From: Eledone cirrhosa
Taxonomy: Eukaryota
DNA: 64,000 nt
Reading direction: 5' to 3'
NCBI GenBank assembly: GCA_964016885.1
Contig: OZ024741.1
Coordinates: 35,898,001-35,962,000, forward strand
The position numbers and the translations under genes are program-made. Below are positions 51,480 through 64,000 of this stretch, one piece after another. Below the pieces are notes generated by a model that was not told the origin of the DNA, did not search any database, and saw only the letters and a list, made by a program, of their open reading frames with translations. Every line of letters starts with the position of its first letter. Positions within the stretch are counted from its first letter, which is position 1.

Positions 51480-52510
51480 TAATGAAGCCATCATTATCAG
51501 GTTATTCTTTAAATGCATTCAAAGCTGTAGATTGAGCTTTTGCAATAAAGTGGTGCTGTGTAATTTTACAGAATGATTCACACATGATATCAATGAAATC
51601 TGCTGCAGTAGCTTCAAGTGATACAAGCGTTGTTCTATCATTGTGCACCCATTGTTTATATTTAATTATGTCACCTTCATGAAACTCTTGACTATCTAAC
51701 TGACTATTGAGGTACTCTTGTAATGCCTCTTTCCCAGAACACCGTTCACATGCATGCAATATGCTGTTTTATATCCATGCTTTATGACTTAAGTTGATCC
51801 TGTACAAAGCGCTGATAACTGAATTTCTAAAAATTCACAACTCTGAAAAGAAGCTCAGCAACAAAACCAAATTTCTGGCACATCATCTTCAGAAGTATAA
51901 GAATGCATGGTAAAAATTTAAAAATGATAGTGAATTGTCCACATGGTCAACTAAGGGCTTCAAATGGGCATTTTTTGAAATCCCACATATCTCAAAAGCT
52001 TATTCTGACACTCCCATAATAGTAACATGGTTACTGCTCAGAAATCGTCTACTATATGCTAAGTAACAGGAAAAAAATTATCGCTGCTTTATCTAGTGTA
52101 CCTATTGAGATAGAAATACTTAAAAGAAGCATACATTTGCTGTACGTTTAATTCTTGGCAATTTTCAGAGGCCTCTAGATGGAAAGATATACAAAATACA
52201 CTTGATTTGATAAGATATTTGAACTCTACAGAAGAAGTTAGCCCCAAACCCATGATTTCAAAGTTATGCTTACCTTATTAGAGGAGAAATGGCTGTCTTA
52301 AGTTGGTCTGAGAGACTCATTCGGAAAAAAATGTATAATCAATTAATATTTTAAAGGCCTACAATTTCAAAACTATCAAAGATATTGACCTAATACTTGA
52401 TATTTTCCCATCATATAGGTACAGGAGCTAGTATGAATTTTTTCAGGGGGATCTGAGGGGGTGACCTGGAAAATGTTTCTGAAACTGGGTGATTTGATAT
52501 GGAATAACCC
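51480..52510 (-). mobile_element. DNA transposon remnant, possibly Sola2-like
   Basis: ORF 51502-51759 (CxxC...YKQW...DR...HHFIAKAQ) resembles DDD transposases from memory; terminus GGGTTATTCC abuts (TA)n at 52510. Confidence 0.5.
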
Positions 52511-52871
52511 ATATATATATATGTGTACATTCCTGAGCTGTGTTGGTGGGAGGGGGTAACCACAGTTAAGAAAGATACTGAGTACATTGGTAGATTATAG
52601 GCATCTTTATTATATCTTTCTGATGACTCATATGAACCATACAAAACAGTTCTAGTGATGTAGATATATATTTCTAGATAGATATAAAGGTATTTTGTAT
52701 TTTAGTGGAAATTATAACAAGACGATTTCCCTGGACGATTAGTTCTGTCTCCTGGAGCTAGACCAAAATCTATAGTTAGTAATTGATGATCGATTGCTTA
52801 GATCAATTTTCAATCCAGTTCTAGAGGCTATGAAACGGTGCCGTAAGGAATATAATAACTTTTTCACCTTA

Positions 52872-53076
52872 AAGTATGTACTGTTTCCTAAATATTATAT
52901 GCTTTTTATATATGTACAAAATACTATGTGTTTCTCTGATGATATATGGCTATATGCATACATTTTTGAATTTTGAATTTTGAATTATTGAAGCTCTGGA
53001 CAAATGTCCATTGAACTTTTTCTACTGAGAAGCACATTCATCATACATATTATATATGCTATGATACTTTAGATTA

Positions 53077-53147
<71 letters not shown>

Positions 53148-53595
53148 AAAGAAAGGAAAAGAATGACTTCACGTGTAGTGTTAAAAAAATTTATGATTTA
53201 ATATTATAATATTATGAGTTGGTAGAAGTCATTCTTTTCCTTTTTTTCAAATATATATATATATATAAATAAATACTAATCTAAAGTATCATAGCATATA
53301 TAATATGTATGATGAATGTGCTTCTCAGTAGAAAAAGCTCAATGGACGTTTGTCCAGAGCTTCAATAATTCAAAATTCAAAAATATATGCATATAGCCAT
53401 ATATCATCAGAGAAACACATAGTATTTTATACATATATAAAAAGCATATAATATTTAAGAAACAGTACATACTTACCAACTCATAATATTATAATATTAT
53501 AACATTAAATCATAAAATGTTTTAACACTACACGTGAAGTCATTCTTTTTTTTTTTTTCAAATATACCTAACTGTACCAAGGATCTCACACATTT

Positions 53596-53600
<5 letters not shown>
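52872..53600. repeat. Two interleaved inverted repeats around (TA)n, with a 34-nt tail
   Basis: 52872-53080 / 53273-53474 and 53145-53224 / 53474-53566. Confidence 0.8.
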
Positions 53601-53636
<36 letters not shown>

Positions 53637-53639
<3 letters not shown>

Positions 53640-54309
53640 TATTTTCCGTTGTGTTGTAATATAAATATTACACACAGTAGATTATCAGCTCACGTAGAGT
53701 TTGCTCGACGGTTCCAGTTGTAGTTCCAAAAGTAATCCGGAGAAAAATAGAAAGATTTGAATGGATACAGTTTAGTTGAAAGGAATTTATTGACACGTGT
53801 TTCTATAACAGTTACATAACCTAAAACAGCTATCTACAAATTTCTGCAAATTGTGTAATCTTGAGATTTATTACATAATCACACACAAGAAGAAACTGCT
53901 GAATAACAGAATTGAACGAACATTATTCTGCCGTCACAGAACTAAAACCCTTTTTTCCCACTACAAGCCGAATATTACATAAAAGAGGGACATCCCCCAA
54001 CTATATAAACCTTAATCTAGTTAGAAAAATATAAAAACAATCTCTTCTCAACATATATTAATAACCTTAAATTACCATACTAATAATGAAAAGATATGCT
54101 GATGAGAATAGGTACAAATATGCGATAATGAATGTGTCTAAAAACGTCCATAAGTATGTATATATATGTGAAAATGTATATAAATAAGTAAATATATATA
54201 TATGTTTGATGTGTATAGTTAGATGTAAGTGTATTCATGTATTAAAGTGCTTATATGTATATATATATGTATATGTGTGTATATGTATGTTTGTGTATGT
54301 ATGTATATG

Positions 54310-54366
<57 letters not shown>

Positions 54367-55103
54367 GTATATATGTGTGTATATATGTGTATGTATATAT
54401 GTGTATATGGATGTGTATGTATGTGTATGTGTGTACACATGGACTAGAGTATGTATGTATATATGTGTGTGTCTATACGTGTGTATATAAAGATAAGTTG
54501 AGTATGAAAATGTATACACATGAGCGCGTATGTATGTACATAAATACATGTGTGTATATATATGTGTATGCATGTGTATATATATGTAAGTATGAATATG
54601 TGAATTGTGTGTATATGTATTTTGTAGAGGTGTGCAAATATATTTGTGTGTGAATGCGTGGGTGAAAGGATACGTACACTTGAAAGAAAAATTTAAGTCT
54701 GAATGTTAATTAAGTGCAAACACAAAACCAACCACGCATATCTTCACTATCTCTAATCCTTCTATAGATTTAGAAAAATAACCAATAATATATTCTATAA
54801 AAAATGTCAAAACAACAGATGGGAATCTAATTACTCACTGCCACCAAGAATTCTCACTGCTATCGAAAAACCACTCCTTCAACTATTCTTCTAACAACTT
54901 CACCCCTCCCTCCTAATATTCTCTATAAAAACTAAATAGGTCCTCAGTAATATTATTCTGATGAAATGACAGTAAATAATAACATTGAAATATTGAATGT
55001 CTGCATAACTAAAAGTTTGTAGATAGCTGTTTTAGGTTATGTAACTGTTATAGAAACACGTGTCAATAAATTCCTTTCAACTAAACTGTATCCATTCAAA
55101 TCT

Positions 55104-55108
<5 letters not shown>
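53637..55108. mobile_element. Non-coding relative of the Naiad-type PLE with 93-bp inverted ends
   Basis: Inverted repeat 53748-53840 / 55016-55108 and a 111-nt tail. It shares gtttgctc.acg, tccggagaaa, aaggaatttatt and the ctttcta|(TA)n end with 39715-42552. Confidence 0.75.
54953..55069 (+). ncRNA. Type I hammerhead motif with long stem II insert
   Basis: ttatt CTGATGA a atgacag...ctgttat a GAAA cacgtg TC aataa. Confidence 0.7.
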
Positions 55109-55141
<33 letters not shown>

Positions 55142-55677
55142 CTGTCGAAACGGCTGGAGCTCAGCCGTCAGGGTCCTGACTCTTTTCCTATATATATTGT
55201 ATATATAAATATTATATATATATATATATGTGGTAATTGCTGGCCTTGTGCCTAACGTAGAAACAATTATATATATATATATATATATATGTGGTAACTG
55301 ACAAGTAACAACCAGAGTTCTTAAAATATTTAATTTTAACGATTGTTTCAACAGATTGCTCAGTATAATACGCAGCTAAGGTAAACATAACAGAACAAAT
55401 AATAATAATAACAGTAACGTTTTCTGATTTAGGCACAAGGCCAACAATTTGGGGGAAGAGAAAGTCGATGAAATCAACCCTGGTGGGTTACCAGTACTTT
55501 ATTGACCCATAAGGATGATAGGCACACCTAACCTTGGCAGGATTTGAACTCGTAAAGTAAAGGGTAATAAATCTAAAGGGCCATGAAGTTTGTTGTCTGA
55601 TGCTCTACCAATACTATCAAGCCACTTCCCTTCTTTAAAATAATAACGCAAGTATAAAAAAACGGATATAAAAACAT

Positions 55678-55708
<31 letters not shown>

Positions 55709-55970
55709 TTATACTAACATAAGGAATAATATATATGTATTAAAGCTAGCATGTATAGTGAGAGATATATCACTTCAGAAGTAATATATGAATGAAAGTC
55801 AATGAAAAATCCATGAAAGCCATTACAGAAGTCATCAATTGAACATATCCTTATTTCTGTAATGATTTCCACAGACTTTTAGCAGACTTTGGTTGATATA
55901 TTACTTTTGAAGAGATACACCCTCACTATACATTCTCAGTTTAATATATATGTATTCTTCCTTATGTTTG

Positions 55971-58500
55971 TATTATTATTTTTTTTTTTATTATGTTATT
56001 CCATTTAGCTCAGTTCTGTTTCTCTATTGCCGGGTTCAGGCCTTGATGCTAGGGCAATAGATGTTTACATTGTAGAGAGAAAACTCATCTGAGAATGTGT
56101 GCTGTTCCTAATCTTGCAGGAGAGGGTGCTATGGTGCAGGTCTGATGATTTGAGTATTAATCCTAATGCCTCTATTACCACAGAGATAGTGTTTGTGGTT
56201 ATGCTCCACATGCGGTTGATCTCTATTTCCAGGTATTTTGATAGTTTTTCCATTGTTTTTACAGATGTATTCTTGTGAGCTAGTACGGAAATATCTATAA
56301 GGCTACATGTCTGATCTGTTTTGTTTTTTATGATGATATCTGGTCTGTTGGCAGTGATTTCTCGGTCAGTTATCACAGGCATATCCGACAAGATTGATAT
56401 GTTGCCCTTTCCATGACTGTTTTTGTTTGATATTCATACTATTTGTCAGAGGTTTAGATGTCAGGAAAGTAGTAGAGCATTCAGTGCACATATTTGGCAA
56501 TACAGTTGTGTCTTTCTATATCTTCAGTTTTATTATCATTGTGAATTGGCAGTTTTGGTAGGGTGTCAGACACCATGCTTTACAGCATAGAGTTATGGCC
56601 CTTTACGTTCTGATTTCAAATCCTGCTGAGGTTAACTTTGCCTTTCATCCTTATGGGGTCGATAAAATAAAGTACCAGTAATGCACTGGGTAATTCTTGG
56701 CCTTGTGCCAAAAGTAGAAACAATTATTATTTGACTATTTAGGGCGGTGGATTGGCAGTATTGGTAGAGTCAGACACCATGCTTTGCAGCATAGAGTTAT
56801 GGTCCTTTACAGTCTGAGTTCAAATCCCATCGAGGTTAACTTTGCCTTTCATCTTTATGGGGCTGATAAAATAAAGCACCAGTAACGTACTAGGGGTCGA
56901 TTTACTCGACTTTCCCCTCCCCCAAATTGCTGGCCTTGTGCCTATACTAGAAATCATTATTATTTGACTATTTATCACAATCAACTTTGATGTTGCTTTA
57001 GGCTGATTATTTTAGGGAATACCAGGCTACAACTAGTAACCTAAGGTAACTCCAACTACTTCATATCATTCCTTGTCATTTCAGTATAGTTCAGAACCTG
57101 ACTGGTTTACACAAGGTATAACAAATCTCTTGTTAAAATTGACAGAAACAAATATTCCCCAAAACTATCGTCCTATCGCTTACCTTCTCATATAATACAA
57201 AATTGTCACCTCAGTCTTGACTGACACAAATCTCAGAATTGTGCATTATAACACTTTAGCAACATATCAGGAGTACCAGTTAGAAAAGATAACCAGAAGT
57301 TTGGTACTTTATCAATGCCAGAAGATTTCCATTTGTTGGCTTTCTTTAGTCCTAACTCCAGTTCTTCCATAGTCTTGTCAAGTCTTCCTTTCTAATTTAT
57401 TGTATGTTTCTCCCATGTTCTTTATCCATTCTGCATTCTCATTATGATATTTTTCTGTATTCCATACTGTTTTCCAAAATTCTTCAAGTTCATAAGGTTC
57501 CTTTACTTGAATTCTCTCTGTCCCAATTTCCCTGACATAAGCAGCTTATTTTGTCTGTAAAAACTATTTCACTTTTCAAATCTTCTGATTCTTTGAGCTT
57601 TCACTTGTACTTTCTATTTCAAGGTTTCTTTGATTAATGGACTGTCAGGTTTTGAAGTTACTTTGTATTTTTTTATCACTTTACTTCCTTTTCTTGACAT
57701 GACAGATTTCTCAGCACATATTTCATCAAGGATCGATATTTCTCCCTTCAATTTCATTCTCAATTTTTATTTTCCAGAGATTTTTTTTTTGTGAGTGTTG
57801 TGCCCTTTTCATTTTTACCTTAAACCACATTTCTTTTCTATTACCGTTGCTGCTGTATAATTAACCTCATTTAATTCTGATACACCAGGCTCCATCTCTT
57901 CAATTATTGCTTTAACAGCCTGATTTCCAGTTCTTAAGTGTCTTTTGTTCTGGTTGTTGTTTGTCAACTTTTGCAAGGACTCTCTTTCACCCATACTAAT
58001 GTTTTTTTTGTTTTTTTTTCCAAGTCCATTGATAATTTCTTGTTTTATTTGTTCTATATGATTTTTCTGCCCATAAGTAGAAATATCCTCATCTATGTTG
58101 TCAATCTGTTTTTCAGCTACACCCTACTCTGTTGTGTTTCTGATACCTTCAATGTTCTGTGAAATCTCTTCTGGTGTCAACATAGTCAATATGTTTTGTG
58201 GTGTCACTTCTGTCACATATTTATTTCTGTCTCTTTCTGATATTGGTATTCTCAAATCTTTGTCAACATTCTTCTTAATTTCATTTAACTCTGCATCTGT
58301 TAGTCTCTTGTTTCTAAGAATATTTCTTGTTACATATACAAGTTTGTTTTCGTCCCCGTTTGGTCACATTTCTGGATTTCTTTCCCTCCATATCCTAAAA
58401 AAATTCACTCTGTGTTTTGATTCTTATGATTTGCCCAATGAATGATAGAATACGTATATCACTTCTTTATACTCTTCTTGAGTTTATTTGATACATTGAG
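55971..58500 (-). mobile_element. Decayed Dong/R4-clade LINE (restriction-like endonuclease), interrupted by SINEs
   Basis: ITDREITANRPDIII...LIDIS...EKLSKY..EI.RMW...VVI.ALG at 56065-56391; inverted NYRPIA remnant near 57165; 3' end next to (TAT)n. Confidence 0.7.
56540..56964 (+). mobile_element. Two tandem SINE family A copies inside the Dong/R4 element
   Basis: 56540-56731 and 56741-56964; ttatttgactattta recurs after each copy. Confidence 0.85.
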
Positions 58501-58904
58501 TTTTTTGTCTTCCTTGTGGTTCTGAACTTGAAGGGCTTGGGTTGATATTATCTTGTTGAAGTGACCATTCAAGTCCATATTTGGAGAAGATCTCATTTTA
58601 GCTGCAGACTTTTCGACCCTAGGTTGATTCCTCCTTGAGGGAGGTGACATTTGTTGATCCAAGCGTTGACCAATCCGGTATGTACTTTTGTCTGTAAACT
58701 TTGCGGGCTTTTTTTTTTTTGTTTCTCTACCCATGTTAGCATGGAAGATGGACATTAAACAATGATGATGATGATGATGCATTTTATCTTTCACCACCAA
58801 GGGGTAATTTTATTCAAGATACCACTTCTAGGACAATCATCAACCATGAGTCACAGCTACCCCTTGCCGGTTGTCAGCCAGTTATTTCTTGGTCCCCTCT
58901 GACG

Positions 58905-59255
58905 TCACGCAGTAATACAGAAGACCCAACCCCCCATGGGTACAAGCCGAAGCCGAAGCATATAGACAATATGCCCCCACAGCCTCCCACTGCAAAGTGG
59001 TCATAGAGGTGCCACGGCAAAAAAGCACCCAGCCCACACTGTAAAGTGGACGTGTAGGTGCCACGGAAAAAAGCACCCAGCACTCACTGTAAATGAGGTT
59101 GGTGTTAGGAAGGGCATCCAGCTGTAGAAATCAAGCCAGAATCAGTTCCCGTATGAGCAAGACAAGGTCAGCCGACCGGACACTGCCCACAACAGGACAA
59201 CTCGTCTAACCCATGCTAGCATGGAAGAACGGACGTAAAACGGTGATGATGATGT
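58905..59255 (+). mobile_element. RTE 3' UTR fragment
   Basis: Same 3' UTR family as 13185 and 59870, with a (GAT)n tail. Confidence 0.8.
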
Positions 59256-59869
59256 TTTGTAATTAGTGCTGTCCTTAATGTATTCTTCATGTAAACCTTT
59301 TGTGGTTACTAAAGAAATCATTACCACCATCATCACCATCACCACCATCACCACCATCATCACTACCATTACCACCTTTACCACCACTATCATTATCCAC
59401 TACATTATTACCATTATTATGATTGTTGTTGTTGTTAATCTCTGCAGTTTTGTTGTTATCATTGATGCTATTTTCTATTGTTGTTGTTGTTGCTGTTGTA
59501 GCTGTTGTTGTTGATATTATTTTTATTATTATGGTGGTGGATCAGCAGTATCAGTAGAGCGTCGAACACCATGCTTTTCGGCATAGAGTTACGGCCCTTT
59601 ACTGTTTGCATTCAAATCCCACCGTTGTTAGCTTTGCCTTTCATCCTTATGGATACACTGGGGTCGATTTAATCAACTTTCCCCTCTCCCCCAAAATTTC
59701 TGGCCTTGTGCCTATAGTAGAAATCATCATTATTATTATTGTTATTTTTATTTGTTCTAGGGCGGTGGATTGGCAGTATCGGTAAAAGGTCGGACATCAT
59801 GCTTTGCAGCATGGAGTTATGCTCCTTTACGTTCTGAGGTCAAATCCCGCCAAGGTTAACTCTGCCATT

Positions 59870-60335
59870 CGAAGTCGATCGAAGCCGTAGAGTGGGGAGA
59901 CCCAAGAAGACCTGGGATGAGGTGATAAAAGCTGACTTTACGCAATTGCACCTCTCAAAGGCGATGACACATGACCGTGACCTCTGGCGTCATGCAGTAA
60001 TACAGAAGACTTCCCATCGGTAGAAGCCGAAGCTGAAGCATATAGACAATATGCCCTCACCCCCTTCCACTGCAAGGTGGTCATGGAGGTGTCACAGCAA
60101 AAAAATCACCCAGCCCACACTGTAAAGTGGACGTATAAGCACCACGGAAAAAAGCACCCAGCACTCACTGTAAATGAGGTTGGTGTTAGGAAGGGCATCC
60201 AGCTGTAGAAATCAAGCCAGAATCAGTTCCCGTATGAACAAGACAAGGTCAGCCGACTGGACACTGTCCACAACAGGACAACTCGTCTAACCCATGCTAG
60301 CATGGAATCAAGGACGTAAAACGGTGATGATGACG
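59870..60335 (+). mobile_element. RTE 3' fragment nested inside a SINE
   Basis: GRPKKTWDEVIK remnant plus 3' UTR; SINE halves at 59760-59869 and 60336-60454. Confidence 0.8.
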
Positions 60336-60980
60336 ATTCATCCTTACAGGGTCGATAAAATAAAGCACCAGTAATGCACTGGGGTCAATTTAATCGACTT
60401 TCCCCTTTCCCTTCAAATTGCTGGCCTTGTGCCAAATCTAGAAACAGTTATTATTTGTTCTATTGTGTTTGCCCTGTATTATACTAAGGAATGTGTTGAA
60501 ACAATTGTAAAGAATTAAATGTTTTAAGAACTGTTATCTGTCATCTCAATTTGTTTTATATGCTCTGTGTTAAATATGCCGCCTTTCTTCTACTCTTAAA
60601 TGGCATTTATCTATATTTCTATCTATAATGACATAAACACATTCAACTTAAATATTATTGACTTAATTTTATGTGTATGTGTTAATATATATTTACATAC
60701 ATACATACATCATCATCATCATCGTTTAATGTCTATCTTCCATACATACATATGTTCAAACTGCTCCCAAAATATATGAAAAACTTTCTTTAATATTTAT
60801 TATCTAATATTTCATAAAATTGATATATACCAATTGAAACCAGTAATATTTGACAAAATTTAAATCCACTTAATGTAACAATTATAAAATTATTCATCTG
60901 TCAGATCAAAGAAGAATATAATCTTTAAATATAGTTCAGTGCTTTTTCACTTTTACATTTTAACTATATATATATATATA

Positions 60981-63900
60981 TCATCATCATCATCATCATC
61001 ATCAGGTTTAGCGTCCGTGTTCCACGCTTGCATGGGTTTGGACGGGGGTTTTCCCACTTGAGGCAAGAGTGGTTGTCTTGCTCGCATAGGACTGTCTGGC
61101 GGGTTTTCTACAGTTGGATGCCCTTCCTAACACCAACCACATTTACAGTGTGGGGCTGGGAGGTTTTTACCGTGTTGCCTACACGGCCACATTACAGCGT
61201 GGACTGTCTGGCGGGTTTTCTACAGCTGGATGCCCTTCCTAACACCAACCACATTTACAGTGTGGGGCTGGGAGGTTTTTACCGTGTTGCCTACACGGCC
61301 ACATTTACAGCGTGGACTGTGTGTTTTTTGTCGTGACACCTACACGATCTCATTTGTTTCGGCCTGGATGTTGTGGGACCAACATAACTTTACATTGAAA
61401 GGGGCGGTGTGGGTGGGGTGGAGGTGGTGGGACGGGGGTGTGTTTTGATAGAGGTGCCTACTGACTGTAGTAGGTTTTTACTTTGTATTTAGGTAAGGCG
61501 GGTCTTCTCTATTACTGAGTACCGCCAAAGGTCTCGGTCCAGTGACATTGTCTTGGAGAGGTGTAAGCGTGTGAGGTCGGAATTTATCAGCTCGTCCCAT
61601 GTTTTTCTGGGTCTGCCTACTCCGTGGCTACCGTCTATCTTTATTGCCCTGCACTTTGTTATACAGCTGTCGTCTTTCATGCGCATCACGTGACCGTACC
61701 AACGTAGCCTTCTCTCGAGTAAACAACATCTGATCCCTCTTATTTCTAATTTTTTCCTTAGTTCGTTTATGCTTTGCCGTTCGCGTATATTACTATTGCA
61801 CATCCAGCGGAGCATGCAAGCTTCGTTCCTCTCTAGTCTGCGTATATCCTCTGCACACAATGCCCAGGTCTCACTGCCATGCAGCATTGCTGTTCGTATG
61901 CAGGCATCGTATAACCTGCCTTTCATTTTTAGGGAGAACCCTCTAGCGGCTAATAGTGGTATAAGCTCTCTGAACTTTTTCCATCCAGTTCTGACTCTAG
62001 CTACTGTACTTTCAGAGCTCCCTCCCCCACTGCTGATTTTGTCACCCAGATAACGGAAGCTGTCCACTATTTCTATAGAACCCTCTGCGCAGTTGAAGGA
62101 GCTAGTATTTTGTGGGCACTTGCTGCTACTTATTGCACCAGAGCACCGGCCACATGTAAAATCTATGTTCTTAGTTAGCTTACCTGTGATCCCACTACAT
62201 CTTTTATGCACCCATACTTTGCATTTGGGACATAAAATGGAGTTTCTACCTACGCCTTTCCTACACACTGAGCATGGCCATTTCCCCGATGGGACCGCCG
62301 CCTTATTTTCTTTCCTACAAACTAGAACTTTAGTCTTAGCCAGGTTAATTTTAAGGCCTTTTGATTCTAGGCCGTGCTTCCACGTTTGGAATTTCTTCTC
62401 TAGTTCGGTCATTGATTCAGCTATGAGCGTTAGATCATCTGCGTATAGGAGTTCCCATGGGCAGCCGGTCTTGAACTCCTCTGTTATAGCCTGAAGGGCA
62501 ATAATAAATAGTAGGGGGCTAAGTACAGAGCCCTGATGGACACCAACTTTTACGCTAAACTCTTCACTATATTCGTTGTTAATTGTAACCTTACTGACTG
62601 TTTCTTTATACATGGCTTGTATAGCTCTCACAAGCCATTCGTCAACACCTAGTTTTCTAAGAGACCACCAGATAATGGAACGGGGGACTCTGTCGAAGGC
62701 TTTCTCCAAGTCGACAAAAGCTAAGTATAGGGGTTTACTTTTAGCTAGGTACTTCTCCTGTAGTTGTCGTACAATGAAAAGAGCGTCTGTGGTACTTTTG
62801 CCTGACACAAACCCGAACTGCATTTCATCTAGATCAATTCTCTCTCTGATTAGTTGCGCTATTACTTTTTCCGTGACCTTCATGACCTGGTCGATTAATT
62901 TAATGCCTCTATAGTTACTCCTATCTAGGGCATCTCCTTTTCCCTTATAGCAGTTAACGATGATGCTGCTACGCCATTCCTTCGGAACAACCCCATTCTG
63001 TACGACTTGGTTAACTATCCGGGTGACCATGGTGTGTCCCACCGAACCAGATGCCTTCAGCATCTCAGCAACTATTTCCGAAGGCCCAGCCGCCTTACCC
63101 GTCTTCATATCTTTGATTGCCTTACTTATTATACTACCTTCAACTAACACTGCTGGTCCCTCTATTGGATCGATCTGGGGGAGACTGTCTTTCTCCCATT
63201 TGTTCTCCTCATTTAGAAGCCTTTCGTAGTGACACTTCCAAGCTACCTTCTTATCAGCATCGGTGATGGCAAGTATGCCATCATCGTTAAGTACACACTT
63301 CTCCCCGACAATATCACGGTTTTCCTTGACACATTGCCTGGCAATCCTGAACACCTCACGTTTTTGGTCCTCACGTTGTAGAACATGCTTGAACTTTCTT
63401 TCCTCTGCTTCCCTTCTTGCGAAGTACACTTGTCTCCTAGCTTCCCTCCTGGCCACTTGATAGTCTTCTCTACTTCCCCCATCCCGCCATACTTTCCAAG
63501 CCTGCTTTTTGGCCTTAATTGACTCCTCCACCTTACTGTTCCACCACCATGTTACTCTCCTCCTACCTACAGGCCTGCTCCAGCCACAGACTTCGTCTGC
63601 CGCCGTCAGCAGGTTTGCTCTCAGGAATTCCCACTGTTCCTCTATATTATACGACTCTAATTGCTCTTCCTTACTGTCGAAAGCGTCAAGTAATTTGCTT
63701 TGAAATTTATTTCTGGCTATGGGGTCCTTTAGCTTCCATATTTTTCTCCTGAGGATAGTCCTCTTCCGCTGTCTAGTACGTCTCGTCCTGACTATGAGGT
63801 CGCTAATTATCAGTCTATGTTGGGAGGTGAATTCTTCATGGGGGTGGGATTTAGTGTTAACAACAGACACTCTGTCACGTCTTCTGGTAAGGATATAATC

Positions 63901-64000
63901 TACCTGGCTTGTGTGTTCCCCCGATCTATAGGTGATCAAGTGATTGTCTCATTTTTTGAAGTTAGTGTTACAGATAGTTAAGTTATTTGCGTCGCAGAAT
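60981..64000 (-). mobile_element. RTE-clade LINE, second young copy of the 31.5-kb family, runs off the window end
   Basis: Highly similar protein and 3' UTR to the 31541-34830 copy; (ATC)n tail abuts (TA)n at 60981. Confidence 0.95.
61489..63939 (-). CDS. LINE APE-RT ORF (partial; the element continues past the window end)
   Basis: 816 aa with QVDYIL, FVDLEKAFD, LYADD, the PHD-like finger and GRPRKTW. Confidence 0.93.
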   Translation of the reverse strand: MITYRSGEHTSQVDYILTRRRDRVSVVNTKSHPHEEFTSQHRLIISDLIVRTRRTRQRKRTILRRKIWKLKDPIARNKFQSKLLDAFDSKEEQLESYNIEEQWEFLRANLLTAADEVCGWSRPVGRRRVTWWWNSKVEESIKAKKQAWKVWRDGGSREDYQVARREARRQVYFARREAEERKFKHVLQREDQKREVFRIARQCVKENRDIVGEKCVLNDDGILAITDADKKVAWKCHYERLLNEENKWEKDSLPQIDPIEGPAVLVEGSIISKAIKDMKTGKAAGPSEIVAEMLKASGSVGHTMVTRIVNQVVQNGVVPKEWRSSIIVNCYKGKGDALDRSNYRGIKLIDQVMKVTEKVIAQLIRERIDLDEMQFGFVSGKSTTDALFIVRQLQEKYLAKSKPLYLAFVDLEKAFDRVPRSIIWWSLRKLGVDEWLVRAIQAMYKETVSKVTINNEYSEEFSVKVGVHQGSVLSPLLFIIALQAITEEFKTGCPWELLYADDLTLIAESMTELEKKFQTWKHGLESKGLKINLAKTKVLVCRKENKAAVPSGKWPCSVCRKGVGRNSILCPKCKVWVHKRCSGITGKLTKNIDFTCGRCSGAISSSKCPQNTSSFNCAEGSIEIVDSFRYLGDKISSGGGSSESTVARVRTGWKKFRELIPLLAARGFSLKMKGRLYDACIRTAMLHGSETWALCAEDIRRLERNEACMLRWMCNSNIRERQSINELRKKLEIRGIRCCLLERRLRWYGHVMRMKDDSCITKCRAIKIDGSHGVGRPRKTWDELINSDLTRLHLSKTMSLDRDLWRYSVIEKTRLT

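Noticed and set aside
52926-53038. CTGATGA with a flanking stem as a hammerhead
   Set aside because: It lacks GAAA and a stem III in the right place.
54095-54145. Second CTGATGA in the 53.6-kb element
   Set aside because: GATA in place of GAAA, and the stems do not pair.

Overview
AT-rich, microsatellite-laden eukaryotic DNA. The repeat families suggest a cephalopod (Octopus-like) genome; this is an inference, not a database result. Almost all of the window is mobile DNA: two young RTE-clade LINEs with long open ORFs (31541-34830 +, 60981-64000 -), a decayed RTE subfamily, a Tx1/L1-clade LINE sitting in (GATA)n, a decayed Dong/R4 LINE, a Penelope-like element (PLE) of Naiad type with inverted pseudo-LTRs (39715-42552), a hAT deletion derivative with an 8-bp TSD, MITEs and tRNA-derived SINEs. 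The only host coding signal found is an 88-nt candidate first exon of a PDE9-like gene (37261-37348, -), which the ORF track misses. The most striking signal is a dense set of short non-coding fold-back inserts in (TA)n arrays. About ten carry a complete type I hammerhead ribozyme motif, often with a palindromic stem III. Several share a geometry with the coding PLE: the second inverted arm stops a few nt short of a CTCC...GTNGAG 3' tail of about 87-111 nt. All folding and homology calls were made by eye, with no searches run.
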